Below are positions 37,455 to 48,494 of a stretch of DNA of 64,000 bases, piece after piece (the first letter of the stretch is position 1; every line of letters begins with the position of its first letter). Under the pieces are notes generated by a model, which was not told the DNA's origin, did no database searches, and worked only from the letters and a program-made list of their open reading frames with translations. The position numbers and the translations under genes are program-made. The stretch is taken from NCBI RefSeq assembly GCF_006345805.1, contig NC_043007.1, forward strand, positions 63,054,001-63,118,000, read 5' to 3'. The stretch is from Octopus sinensis. Taxonomy: Eukaryota.

Positions 37455-37646
37455 TATAACAAAGCAGGAAAGTGAAGATTTTTGGTATTATTTATTCTCC
37501 ATTACTTGTGTTTCATTTGCTATTAATAATTACAAAGATTTACATGTGTATCTAACATGTAAATCTTTGTAATTCCTATTAGCAAATGAAATGTTTAATG
37601 GAGAATAAATAATACCAAAAAATTTTCATTTTCTTGTTTTCTTATA
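37455..37646. repeat. Imperfect palindrome (~93-bp arms) containing the 3' half of a hammerhead-like motif
   Basis: TTTTTGGTATTATTTATTCTCCATTA pairs with TAATGGAGAATAAATAATACCAAAAA. The minus arm reads GAAAC-ACAA-GTA. Confidence 0.85.
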
Positions 37647-38140
37647 CAATACCTCTGGTAATAATATTTCCATAATTCTCAGTTTTAATATGCAGTAGCT
37701 ATAGATACTTATTGATTATAATAATGGACTAACCAACATGCTTCAAGAGGAAACAGCTGGGATTTTCTCTACCTATATTATGTGTCTATGTGTGTATATA
37801 TATATATATATATGTATGTATAAATGTATATATATATGTGTCTCTGTATATATGTATGTATATATATATGTGTGTGTGTGTATATATATGAGGGAATATT
37901 ACTCCAAACTTACAGGGAAAAATTTAATTTAGAAATACTAAATCAAATTTCACAAAATATATATATATATATATATAAATTAGAAAAAAAACACCTTTTA
38001 TCAATTCAGCAATAAAAAAAATTAAATTATACTATTTAGAAAAAATTATATCTTATAGAAAAATTAAATATAAGATAAAACGTATACCAATGATTAAGTA
38101 ATGTGCAAAATAATAAATAAAACGTATATATTTGGTAAAA

Positions 38141-38223
38141 TAACTACACATGTTTCGAGGCTATATTTAAGAAATGATAACAGTAAAATCAATTCAATAT
38201 GAATATAGCCACTCTTCAGGTTA
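38141..38223 (-). ncRNA. Type I hammerhead ribozyme motif
   Basis: Minus strand: TAAC-CTGAAGA-GtGGCTATATT...AATATAGCCtC-GAAAC-ATGT-GTA-GTTA. Stem I is TAAC/GTTA, stem II is long, and the cleavage triplet is GUA. Confidence 0.75.
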
Positions 38224-38674
38224 AAGATAAAAACAAAAATAATTAATTAAATAAAATAACAAACATACATATATAATCTTGTAAAATACAAAATATCTTA
38301 AATATATTCTTGTGTAAATATGAAATAGGATAAAGAGGTATAAATATTTATTATTATCTATAAAAATAAAATTTTAACATATATAAGAAAAGAATAATAA
38401 ACTATAATACATCATTACTAGAAAATACAATTAATTAAATTATTTAAAACAGATATATATATATATATATAAAATATAAAATAAACTAAAATACTATAAT
38501 TTAATCTATATACATTAAATTAAATTATTTATTTATTTAATAAACATCTAAATTAAATCTTATTCTCATTAAGTAATGTATACTAAAAAAACTTCATGTT
38601 AAGTAATATACATAATGCTAGTACAAGCTATAAATATTAGAATTAAAAATAGAAAATGGTTCAAATACATACAC

Positions 38675-38755
38675 ACCTGAAGAGTGGCTATATTTATATT
38701 GAATTGGTTTTACTGTTATCATTTCTTAAATATAGCCACGAAACACGTGTAGTTA
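38675..38755 (+). ncRNA. Type I hammerhead ribozyme motif
   Basis: CTGAAGA (38677), GTGGCTATATTTA...TAAATATAGCCAC (13-bp stem II), GAAAC, palindromic ACGT loop, GTA. Predicted cut after 38751; stem I is only 2 bp in this copy. Confidence 0.75.
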
Positions 38756-38929
38756 TTTTACCAAATATATACGTTTTATTTATTATTTTGCACATTACTT
38801 AATCATTGGTATATGTTTTATCTTATATTTAATTTTTCGATAAGATATGATTTTTTCTAAATGGTATAATTTAATTTTTTCATTGTTGAATTGATAAAAG
38901 GTGGGTTTTTTTCTAATTTATATCTGTAT

Positions 38930-39670
38930 ATATATATAAGGCAAGATGTGTGTGTGTGTACATGATTGTAGTTTATGCACATCCACAAATTAGCACGCAT
39001 GTCACTCAAATTTTAGGAGGACATTCGTCAACATCCTATCTGGGTTTTGTCAACATATTTTTCCCAAGGCACCCACAGATAGTGGTAAAATTCTATTTTC
39101 AGCTATAGCTTTTAGTGGTAAAAATCTATTTCAGCCATAGCTTTTTGACGGCATCTAACAAAAGAAAACAACAAGATAAAGAAAAGTGGAAGAGGGGCAG
39201 AGAGTTTCACAGGAAAGACAAAGTGAGAGAGGGAGAGAGAGAGAGAGAAAGTAAGTGACGGCGTTCATAAAAATCTATTTTCAGCCATAGCTTTTTGACA
39301 GCATCTAACAAAAAAAAAATAAGATAAAGAAAACAAAAAAAAAGGGAAAGGCAAAGTGAGAGAAGGAGAGAGAGAAAGTGACGACGTTCATAAAAAATAA
39401 AATGTAAAATGTTTTGTTTTTTCTTAAACACGAAATATAGTGTTCAAATTCAGGATGTTTTTGAAAGACTATATTTTATAATCATAGTATATATACTTTC
39501 TCACACAACAATTACAATATATTTATTTTAGATCGTTCATCTTTCTCCCCCTCTCTCTCTCACACACACACATTACCTTGGGTGCGAAAGAGTTTTGTGC
39601 TAATTGCATGCTAATTTGTGGACGTGCATAAATTACAATCACGCACACACACACATCATGCCTTTTATAG
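38930..39670. mobile_element. Non-autonomous element with ~65-bp inverted ends (Helitron-like 5' end sequence) and an internal tandem duplication
   Basis: TGATTGTAGTTTATGCACATCCACAAATTAGCA (38963) versus TGCTAATTTGTGGACGTGCATAAATTACAATCA (39609). AAAATCTATTTTCAGCCATAGCTTTTTGAC is repeated internally. Confidence 0.6.
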
Positions 39671-39674
39671 ATAT

Positions 39675-39711
39675 GATATATATCTGTATGTGTATATGTA
39701 CATATGTATAT

Positions 39712-39768
<57 letters not shown>

Positions 39769-39914
39769 ATATTTATATATGTAAGTGTATATATATGTGT
39801 GTGTGTATATATATATTATATATATATGTATGTGTATATATATGTGTGTGTATATATATGTATGTATATATATATGTACATGTGTATACATATATATATA
39901 TGTGTGTGTGTGTG

Positions 39915-39993
<79 letters not shown>

Positions 39994-40022
39994 TTCCATG
40001 TATATGCCTGTATATATATATA
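39675..40022. repeat. Compound (TA)n/(TG)n microsatellite
   Basis: Directly visible. Confidence 0.95.
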
Positions 40023-40414
40023 GCCAGAGACTTTGAGATTTCAATGATGTGTTTGTTTACTTTTAAAATGACATTGTAGGGTAGGTGTGAGAGGCTGGAT
40101 CTGACCAGTTTGAACTTGCAACAGGTAGAATATTTGGGCTAGATATGGCCAGGTTGAATGCTAAAGTGTTAGGCATGTAATGTGTATGGTGGATGAGAGT
40201 TGGCTAAAGAAGTACCCAGCAAACCAGGTGGAAAAATCATGAAGAAATGGTGACAGCTCATCTCTAAGAGCTCGAACTTACAAAAAAAATGACGAGGGAC
40301 TGCATTAAATAATGTGACACTATGCTAAAGAAGACCTGTTCCAACTCATGCAAACATAGAAAAACAGACCAAAATAGATGGTCATTCCTGAAAAATGACA
40401 CAATATTTTACTAC

Positions 40415-40532
40415 CCTCATCTCTTTAAGACTTCTCAAAACTGCTTGAAGATGTCTTAGAAATACTGTTATACCATTTACATTCACAGGTATTTTGGTCA
40501 GAGATTCTTTCTTACAGTAAATATTAGATTTT
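40415..40532 (-). CDS. Weak candidate exon of an unidentified minus-strand gene
   Basis: ctgtgatag|A AAA...AGG|gtagta; encodes KSNIYCKKESLTKIPVNVNGITVFLRHLQAVLRSLKEMR. No recognised homology. Confidence 0.2.
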
Positions 40533-41103
40533 CTATCACAGAATGAGGACAATACCAACAAATAAGCAAGTAGTGAATGATTCATTAATAAATAGGAATA
40601 GTAACTAGTTGAGGAAGATTAGCTAGAAAAATTTCAGGTTGTTCAGCATATGTTCAAATAGTGGAACCACAAAATTGTTAGAGAGTCAAAAAATGTCTTC
40701 TGGAATTTGTTCTGAAGTCATTTCTATTGAGTTTAACTTCACATTTTTTTCCCTTCAGAATCAGTAAAATAAAATACCAGTCAAGTACTTGGTTCAGTTT
40801 AATCAACTTCTCCCAGGAAAATATCTGGCCTTGTATCTATGTAAGGAAATGTTGTTGTAAGTGGTGGTGGTGGCAGCAGCAGCGACAGTGGTGGTGGTGG
40901 TGGTGCTACTGTTGTTATGGTATTACTGTAGCAGAAAGATTTGAATGCTGGATTAAACAGTTTGTGTCCATACATATTAAGGCTGACTTTGACTTTTACA
41001 TCTCTGGATTTAATGAAATCAGTACTAGTCAAGTATTGAGAGTGCAGAAGCAATAAATTCAACTCTATTCTTCCCCACAAAATGTGTGACTATGTGCCTT
41101 AGA

Positions 41104-41141
<38 letters not shown>

Positions 41142-41142
41142 T

Positions 41143-41352
41143 AATCCTTTCTACTAAAGGCACAAGGCTTGAAATGTTGTGGGAGGGGGCTAGTCGATTA
41201 CATCAACCTCAGTGCATAACTGGTACTTATTTCATCAACCTCCAAAAGGATGAAAGGCAAAGTTGACCTCAGCAGAATTTGAACACAGAATGTAAGGACG
41301 GACAAAATTCCGCTAAGCATTTTGCCAGGTGTGCTAACAATTCTGTCAGCTC
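41143..41352 (-). mobile_element. SINE family B with (AAT)n tail
   Basis: GGATGAAAGGCAAAGTTGACCTCAGCAGAATTTGAAC, adjacent to the (AAT)n tract at 41104-41140. Confidence 0.85.
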
Positions 41353-41394
41353 AAATAATAATGATGCTGATAATGATAATTGTTGCTGTGCTAC

Positions 41395-42564
41395 TCTGCA
41401 AAACTGAGGTAGTCAGAGTGTGCCATAGGGTCCTTAAGCTTAGACTAGTTTTGCAGAGTAGCACAACAACAATTATCTCTGCCCCCAACTGGGTCGGCCA
41501 AATGAGCAAAAGGATTCTTTTTATGATATTCTTTTGTAGACTACCTCAAAGGAAAATGACCGTATCTTTGTGGCTGGTGATTTCATTGGACATGTTGGGC
41601 AGCACCTGGGTCTTCCACAATGTACATGGGGGCTATGGAATTGGTTCCCAAAATGAGGAAGGAACAAGGCTACTAGAGTTCTGTGATATGAATAACCTAA
41701 TGATCTGCCACACAAACTTCAGGAAACTAGCCAGTCACAGGATAACCTACAAACTCAGTGACCACTCCAACCAGATTGACTACATTCTCACCAGGAAGCA
41801 AGATACATACTCATAAATGTAAAGACCTTTTCTGGTGAAGAGTGTATTCCTTCAGGCTAAGAAGATTCCAAGAAGCAGGGATGCTATTAGTTAAGTGAAA
41901 GTGAAGCAAGGAATTTAATGTACAAGTAGGAGTTCACTGAGGATCAGTACTCAGCTCTGTCTTGTTTATCATAGTCTTCCAATCTATAACAGAGGAATTC
42001 GAGACAGGCTGCCCTTGGAAACTGCTCTACACTGATGATTTGTTCTTATTAATGAATCACTACTAAAACTAGAGAAGAATGTTTCAGATGTGGAAATGAG
42101 GTCTGGAACCAAAGGGCCTTAGAGTTAATTTAGCAAAGACAAAAGTCCTAGTAAGTAGGAAAACAAACAAATCACTGAGTCCTTCAGGGAGGTGGCCTTG
42201 CTCAATATGAAGAAAAGGTGTTAGTAGAAACTCCATATGGTGTGCCCAGTGCAAACTATGGACACATAAGTGCAATGGTATCACAGGAAGGTTAACAGAG
42301 AAAGTAATCTTTATATGTAGTAAATTTGCAGGTACATTAAACACCAGATATGTACAGTGAATAGACTCCCTCAAATGTCCAAGAGGATCCTAAGAAGTGG
42401 AAGACAGTTTTTGTTACTTAGGTGACCAAGTTAGCAGTGGAGGAGGTAGTTCTGAAACCATAGATGCTAGAATAAGAATAGGCTGGACAAAGTTTGGAGA
42501 ACTGCTACCTTTGTTGATAACAAAAGGCCTCTCCCTCAATGTGAAAGGCAGTTTGTATGATGCT
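41395..42564 (+). mobile_element. Decayed RTE LINE (APE endonuclease and RT fragments, internal deletion)
   Basis: RVLKLRLVLQ, HGGYGIGSQNEEGTRLLEFCD, QIDYILT, PWKLLYTDDL, FCYLGD and IRIGWTKFGELLPLL motifs. Confidence 0.9.
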
Positions 42565-44972
42565 TGTTGTAAATTATGACATGACACAGAGCACAGCCAT
42601 TACTATGCGTATTTGTTACATCATACATCACAAACTCATGACATCATACTTTGTGTGCACATCTTAACGGAAAAACACTTTCATTACATCTCTCTTTTTT
42701 ACAAACATTGCAAGAGATATTATTTTAGTCAATATAAACACGAAGTTTAAGTAAGTTATGGCAATATTTGGAACTTAAATAATCAACTTCAAATAAACTC
42801 AATTATATATTCATTATCATTCTGATAAAGCAACTTTCTCCAAAGTCCATGAATATATTTTCTTTAAATTTAACTGTCCATAAATGAATTTGTTTTTTTT
42901 TTGTTTTTTTTGGTGGGGGTGGGGTTATTAAGAAAGTAATTTCTTTAACTTCTTCAAACATGGAAAGAATAATGAAATATGCTTTCTAGCAATTAACACA
43001 GTTCAGCTTGTTTAACTTGAAATACAACATTTGATACAGTTAATGAATCTATGTTTTCACGGATCCCTTCTTGAATTCAGCAGCTCTCAATATCGTTTCT
43101 GCATGTTGATTTTTCGTCCAGATCTCATAGTTTGATTACAGAAAGTGTCTGTAGTCTCAGACCCATCTGTATCACAGTTCGTAGTCTTTTCCCATTCTCC
43201 ATTTGGCTGAGTTATTGGATTCTCAGCAGCTGTCCACAGATGACGGCGATTTCATCAATACTGTCTGGTGGCGTTATATTGTAGGATCTTGGTGTGTTAA
43301 CTGATTTGACAACTCCAGGCTTCTATGACTGCTTTTCTTGAATCTCGACTTACTGTGCAGGAGTCAAGGGAGGTAACTCTCTACCACTGCTGCCATATTA
43401 GTACGTTTGCTGGTCTTGACATACTTTCAGCTTATCAGGTAGCTGCTTCTGGTCATGTACCTGCGGTTTCAGCAAGGCATCGGACATAAGTAAGTGACTC
43501 TTCAAGCACTTGTTCATTTTTTTTAAGCTGGTGATAAACTGACCTTGTCAACGGGTATATTTTTGTACTCAAGTAGAGCTAAGTAGACATCTCAGCCACT
43601 AGCTTCTGTTTTCTTGAGCAGGTTTTTTTTTATTATTGGAACTGTATGCTCAGCTTGTCCGTTTGATTGCGGATATGTCAGACTTGATGTTGTGTTATGG
43701 AACTCTGCACTTGTAAACTACAGTCCATTATCTGTCATGAGCTCATCTGGGATGCCATGTCTGGCAAAGACAGATTTCACTGTTGTGATTGTCACTTTAC
43801 TTGATAGGTCAGACAATTTCACAATTTCAGGGTACTTTGAGAAATAGTCCCCACACACCAGGTAGTCAATGTTCTTGTACACAAACAAGTCGGCTCCGTC
43901 TCTGGCCCACAGTCAGGAAATTCATGGCTCTTCAACAATTGTTTCGGATTACTCTTTCTGTTCTTGTTGCACACAGAACATCGTGATACAAATTCTTCAA
44001 TTTTTACAGTCGTTCCTATCCAGAAGATAACATCTTTGGCTCTGAGTATGCACTTTGTCACTTTGTAATGAGCATCATGTACTCTGTTCTACATTTCTGT
44101 TCATAGTGTTGCAGGAATTACAACTTTGTCAACTTTGAAGATGAGGTCATCAACAACAGTCAATTCATTTCGAATATTCCCGTGGTCTCTCGCACTTGCT
44201 GGAACATCATTTCTGTTTTCTGGTCATCCACATAGAATCACTGACTTCAGCAGTTGCAGTTGGGGATCATTCACTGTGGCAATCCTGAATTCACTCAACT
44301 TTCCTGAGGTCATCGGCAGTTCTGATATTAAGTCCACATCACACTCAGTTTCATCAAACTAATAATTACTGGCTTGAAGATATGCCCTGCTCAAGGCATT
44401 TGCAACAATCAGTTTTTTGCCGGGTCTGAAGGTAACTTGAAGATCATACTTTTGTAGATGCAGCAACATTCTCTGCAACCTCTGAGGAACACTTCACTAG
44501 AGTTTTTCAAATATGATTTCAAGGGGCTTGTGATCACTTTCTACTTGAACTGTTTTCCCATAGATGTACTGATGAAACTTCTCACATCCATGTAGGATAC
44601 CTGTCATCTCTTTCTCAATATGCACATACTGCAGTCTTAGTCTATGGCTAAGAATTCCACAGACAAATCATTCAATGTCCCAAACTCATAAGTTCTAGAT
44701 TTATTCTTTAAATCTGTCACATACTGATCAATTGTCTCACCTGGTTTCTGAGATCGTGTGAAAAATGCATGCCTCTCAATCGTCAGATTTTTCTTAGGTT
44801 CACAGAATTCCTGAAACTTTTGCTTCACTTTGTCGTAAATTCTTGTTATCTGTTTCCTCACTTCACCCAAAAGAGTTATACACTTGACCTATAGCCTCTT
44901 CGACCACATGTAGTAGAGTAGCACACTTCACACTCTGTGATCTAGCTGCAATTCTGCTAGCAAGAACTTACT
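42565..44972 (-). mobile_element. Decayed Ty3/Gypsy LTR retrotransposon (gag, RNase H and integrase remnants) with candidate 3' LTR at 42565-42688
   Basis: FCEPKKNLTIERHAFFTRSQKPGETIDQYVTDL (gag) and C-x2-C zinc finger (RAKDVIFW...CSVC). A TG...CA block is preceded on the minus strand by the purine tract AAAAAAGAGAGA. Confidence 0.85.
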
Positions 44973-44974
44973 GT

Positions 44975-45390
44975 TTAATCACTGGGCAATAAATTGTGCT
45001 TGTGAAAACCTGTTGAGGCAAGTGAAGTCGTTGTCATGGCCAATGACAGTACTGCCTGATTGGTACTCGTGCCAGTGGCACATAAAAAGCACCATTTGAG
45101 CATTGTTGATGCCAGTGCCAGCTGACTGGTCCCATGCTGGTAGCATGTAAAAGGCACCATTCAAGCATGGTCAATGTCAGTACCACCTGACTGGCCCTCA
45201 TGCTGGTGGCACATAAAAAGGACTCCACTACACTCTCAGAGTGGTTGGCATTAGGAAGAGCATCCAGCTGTAGAAACTTTGCCAGATCGGATTGGAGCCT
45301 GGTGCAGCCTTCTGGCTTGCCAGCCCTCAGTCAGACCGTCCAACCCATGCCAGCATGGAAAGCAGATGCTAAACGATGAAGATGATGATG
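44975..45390 (+). mobile_element. SINE family C with internal ~60-bp tandem modules and (GAT)n tail
   Basis: GTGCCAGTGGCACATAAAAAGCACC modules; CATCCAGCTGTAGAAAC; AACCCATGCCAGCATGGAAA...GATGATG. Confidence 0.85.
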
Positions 45391-46272
45391 TATTTTGCCT
45401 GTCACTACATTCTGAGTTCAAATTCTGCAGAGTTTTGGAGTGAATAAATCAAGTACCAGTGAAACACTGGAGTTGATGTAATCGACTAGTCCCCTCTCAC
45501 AAAACTGCTGCTCTTGTGGAAAAATTTGAAACCATTATTATTATCATCATCATCATCATTATTATTATTATTATTATTATCATCATTATTTCATAGACAC
45601 ACAACAGATTAGACTGTTGGAAAGATAAAAATTTCGAACATCCAGCTACAAGTAACCTTAGATGTCAAGAGCCTTCCTATCCTAGCTGTCCTTAATAATA
45701 TTGTTTTCCAGAGCTGCACTAAACTAAGTTTTATGCCTATTTCCTCAATCCATCTATTGTTATTAATATTACTATCAAGTTTCCAACAGTTTCCTGTGAG
45801 GTTCTACTTACTGCACCTCCATGTTCCTGAGGTGTGGCATGCAAAATTGTCTTTTAAGAATGTAGGATTGTGATTGTTTTTGTGTATTAAAGCTATTTTT
45901 ACATTGCTGTGAGGGTTTATTTTCTTAGTTTTGGTGTTATTTTAGTGTTTCTTTAGCTTGTTGTATACAATATCCATTATGTGAATTGTGTAATTTTTGT
46001 TTGGTCGTGATTTGTATTTCGAATGGTCTGTGTGGGTTGTGTTATATGATTTAGTGTTGAGTAGTTATCTGTATAGAGTACTGAACAGTACAACCTTCTG
46101 AAGGACAATGGAAAATTTTATGGCATACTAAGGACAATACTGTGGTAGTGGTGGAGTCATTAGACTGCAGCCATGCTGAGGCACCAGTTATTAATCAGTG
46201 GTTTGGAACAAATACATGCACAAACACACACACACACACACACATACATGCATATATACACATATATGTATG

Positions 46273-46332
<60 letters not shown>

Positions 46333-46389
46333 TATTGTCTAAAAGTTAGAGCAGCAATGTATTTACATATATATATATACATACATATA

Positions 46390-46442
<53 letters not shown>

Positions 46443-46539
46443 CGGGAAGCTTTATGAAAATAAACAAAAGACGAAGGCAGGTGGAAAACAAACGAACAAT
46501 TGTATTAGTATGGCGCTCAGGAAATATAAATAAAACAAG

Positions 46540-46577
46540 TCTTTAACGTTTCGAGCCTACGCTCTTCAACAGAAAGA
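46540..46577 (-). ncRNA. Minimal hammerhead-like motif with variant core, within a ~170-bp element next to (TA)n (46441-46610)
   Basis: Minus strand: TCTTT-CTGTTGA-A-GAGC-GTAG-GCTC-GAAAC-GTT-AAAGA. Stem I is 5 bp (TCTTT/AAAGA), stem II is 4 bp, and stem III is a loopless ACGT palindrome. Confidence 0.65.
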
Positions 46578-47828
46578 TACACAGAGAGAGAAAAACACAG
46601 AAAAACACATGTATAAAAAACATGTCATTATCAACTTACAACCACAATTGGTTCCGACAGACTGGTCTTAAGCCAATTTGGCCATAAGGCCTATAGGCCT
46701 GCATAGCTTTGTTTTAGATTTTTACATTCTTAAAGTATATTCTCAGGTAAAAGTCACACACAGCATTCTGTACTACAACAGTATTATTTGTACTTAAAAA
46801 AGTACCAAAGAATGCAAATACAAGAAATACACAATGTAGTGTTAAGAAACAGTTGCAAAACTTGCATAAAAATTTGTTGTAGATTGGTGTTTGGCTGTAG
46901 ATCTTCAATGTCATATGTTAGCTGATGTCATCTGTAATTGAGTTAATTTCTAAGAAATTAAACCCTTAAGATTTCAACTGGACTATGTATTATTGCCATA
47001 AAGTCGATCAGTTGCAAGTTGGATTAGGTCATAAGATGACGACCTGTATATATACACACACATCAGGCTTCTTTCAGCTTCCATCTACCAAATACTCTCA
47101 CAACGCTTTGGTTGGCCCATGGCTACAGTAGAAGAAGGGTGCCATGCAGTGGGACTGAACCTAGAACCATGTTGTTAAGAAGCAAACTTCTTACCATACA
47201 GCCATGCCATAATTTTCAAAAAATATTATTATTCAATATTTATTGTGTGTGTGTGTGTAATCTAGTTATATTAATGGTTGAAATGTTGATTTTACATTGT
47301 ATGTTATATTGATGAAATGATTTACGTGCAAGTAATCATTTAATAGTGATCAACCTGTTGGCTGTGATTTTTCATGAGATGATTAACTTTGTTAAATAAG
47401 TGGAAGGTTGAAAGTGTATTAGTGTAAGGAAGGGAGCAATAGTTAAAAATAGTTTGGGATGAATTTATGTGGAGTATGGAATGTGAAGGTTCTGTTATAT
47501 TATTGGGTGATAGTTGTGTAAGTTAGTGGTGGTGCGTAGGACAGTACAGTATTAGGAATCAATTATGTAAGAGCATGTCATGTTATTTTATGTAATATGC
47601 CGTGTGAGTTATGTATTTTATTGAATTGTACACATGTAGAACTGTATATGTGAGACAAAGTATATTGTGTGAGTCATGTTATTGAATTAAAAGTGTCTTG
47701 TATAGAATGTGGAATGTGCCTGGCAAGGGTTATGCAGTTACAAGCCCTGGAATTATATTTATGCTTTTGGTCATGTTCTTCTTTATCTTATATAAAGCAT
47801 AAGTTATTATTACAACTGTTTCTAAGAT

Positions 47829-48030
47829 AACAAGCTGACAGAATTGTTAGAATGCCAGACAAAATACTTAGTGCTATTTCATCCATCTTTATGTTCTGAG
47901 TTCAAATTCCACCAAAGTTGACTTTGCCTTTCATCCATTCAGGGTTGATGAAATGAGTACCAGTTGATAATCGGGATCAATGTAATTGACTAGTCCCCTC
48001 CCACTGAATTTCAGAACTTGTGCTTATAGT
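47829..48030 (+). mobile_element. SINE family B
   Basis: Same body as 11272-11490. Confidence 0.85.
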
Positions 48031-48494
48031 TACAACTGTTCTTATTTTTATACTCTACATCCTGTTTAGTTCCATTTCAAGATCCTTTTGATAGCTTTTT
48101 AGCTCCTTTCCTGGAGACATTCTGGTTATAAAGGATCAAGATGCCTGAGAACAAAGGTTCTTGTAGCTGCATCTAACCAGTTTGCCTTGGTCTCCATGTT
48201 AGTCTAGACAAGAATATTCTAGATTATTATACCTATATCATGGTATTATATCACGTTTGATATAGGTTCATACTTCTTCTCAGTTTTCATGTTGAAGAGG
48301 CAGCATATTGCCCAATTGGCATAGCTCTTGACTAAGTCACATCTGTGTACACTGATTCTGTAAAGATTGGACAGCCAGAAATGATGTGATAAATTCATTT
48401 ATTATTGCTGCTGCTGCTGCTGCTGCTGTTGTTGTTGTTGTTATAATTATGCTTTGCCTATGCTTTAATTCATATCTAAATTGCTCCCCTCCTC

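Larger units (their letters stand above)
37975..38924. mobile_element. Inverted pair of ~245-bp Penelope-like pLTR units separated by a ~455-bp AT-rich spacer
   Basis: 37975-38220 is the reverse complement of 38676-38924. Each arm begins with a hammerhead core and ends in (TA)n. Confidence 0.8.

Noticed and set aside
45600-47770. Possible decayed retroelement coding remnants around the 46.5-kb motif (would link it to an autonomous element)
   Set aside because: Only faint, frame-broken similarity by eye; cannot be assigned without a profile search.
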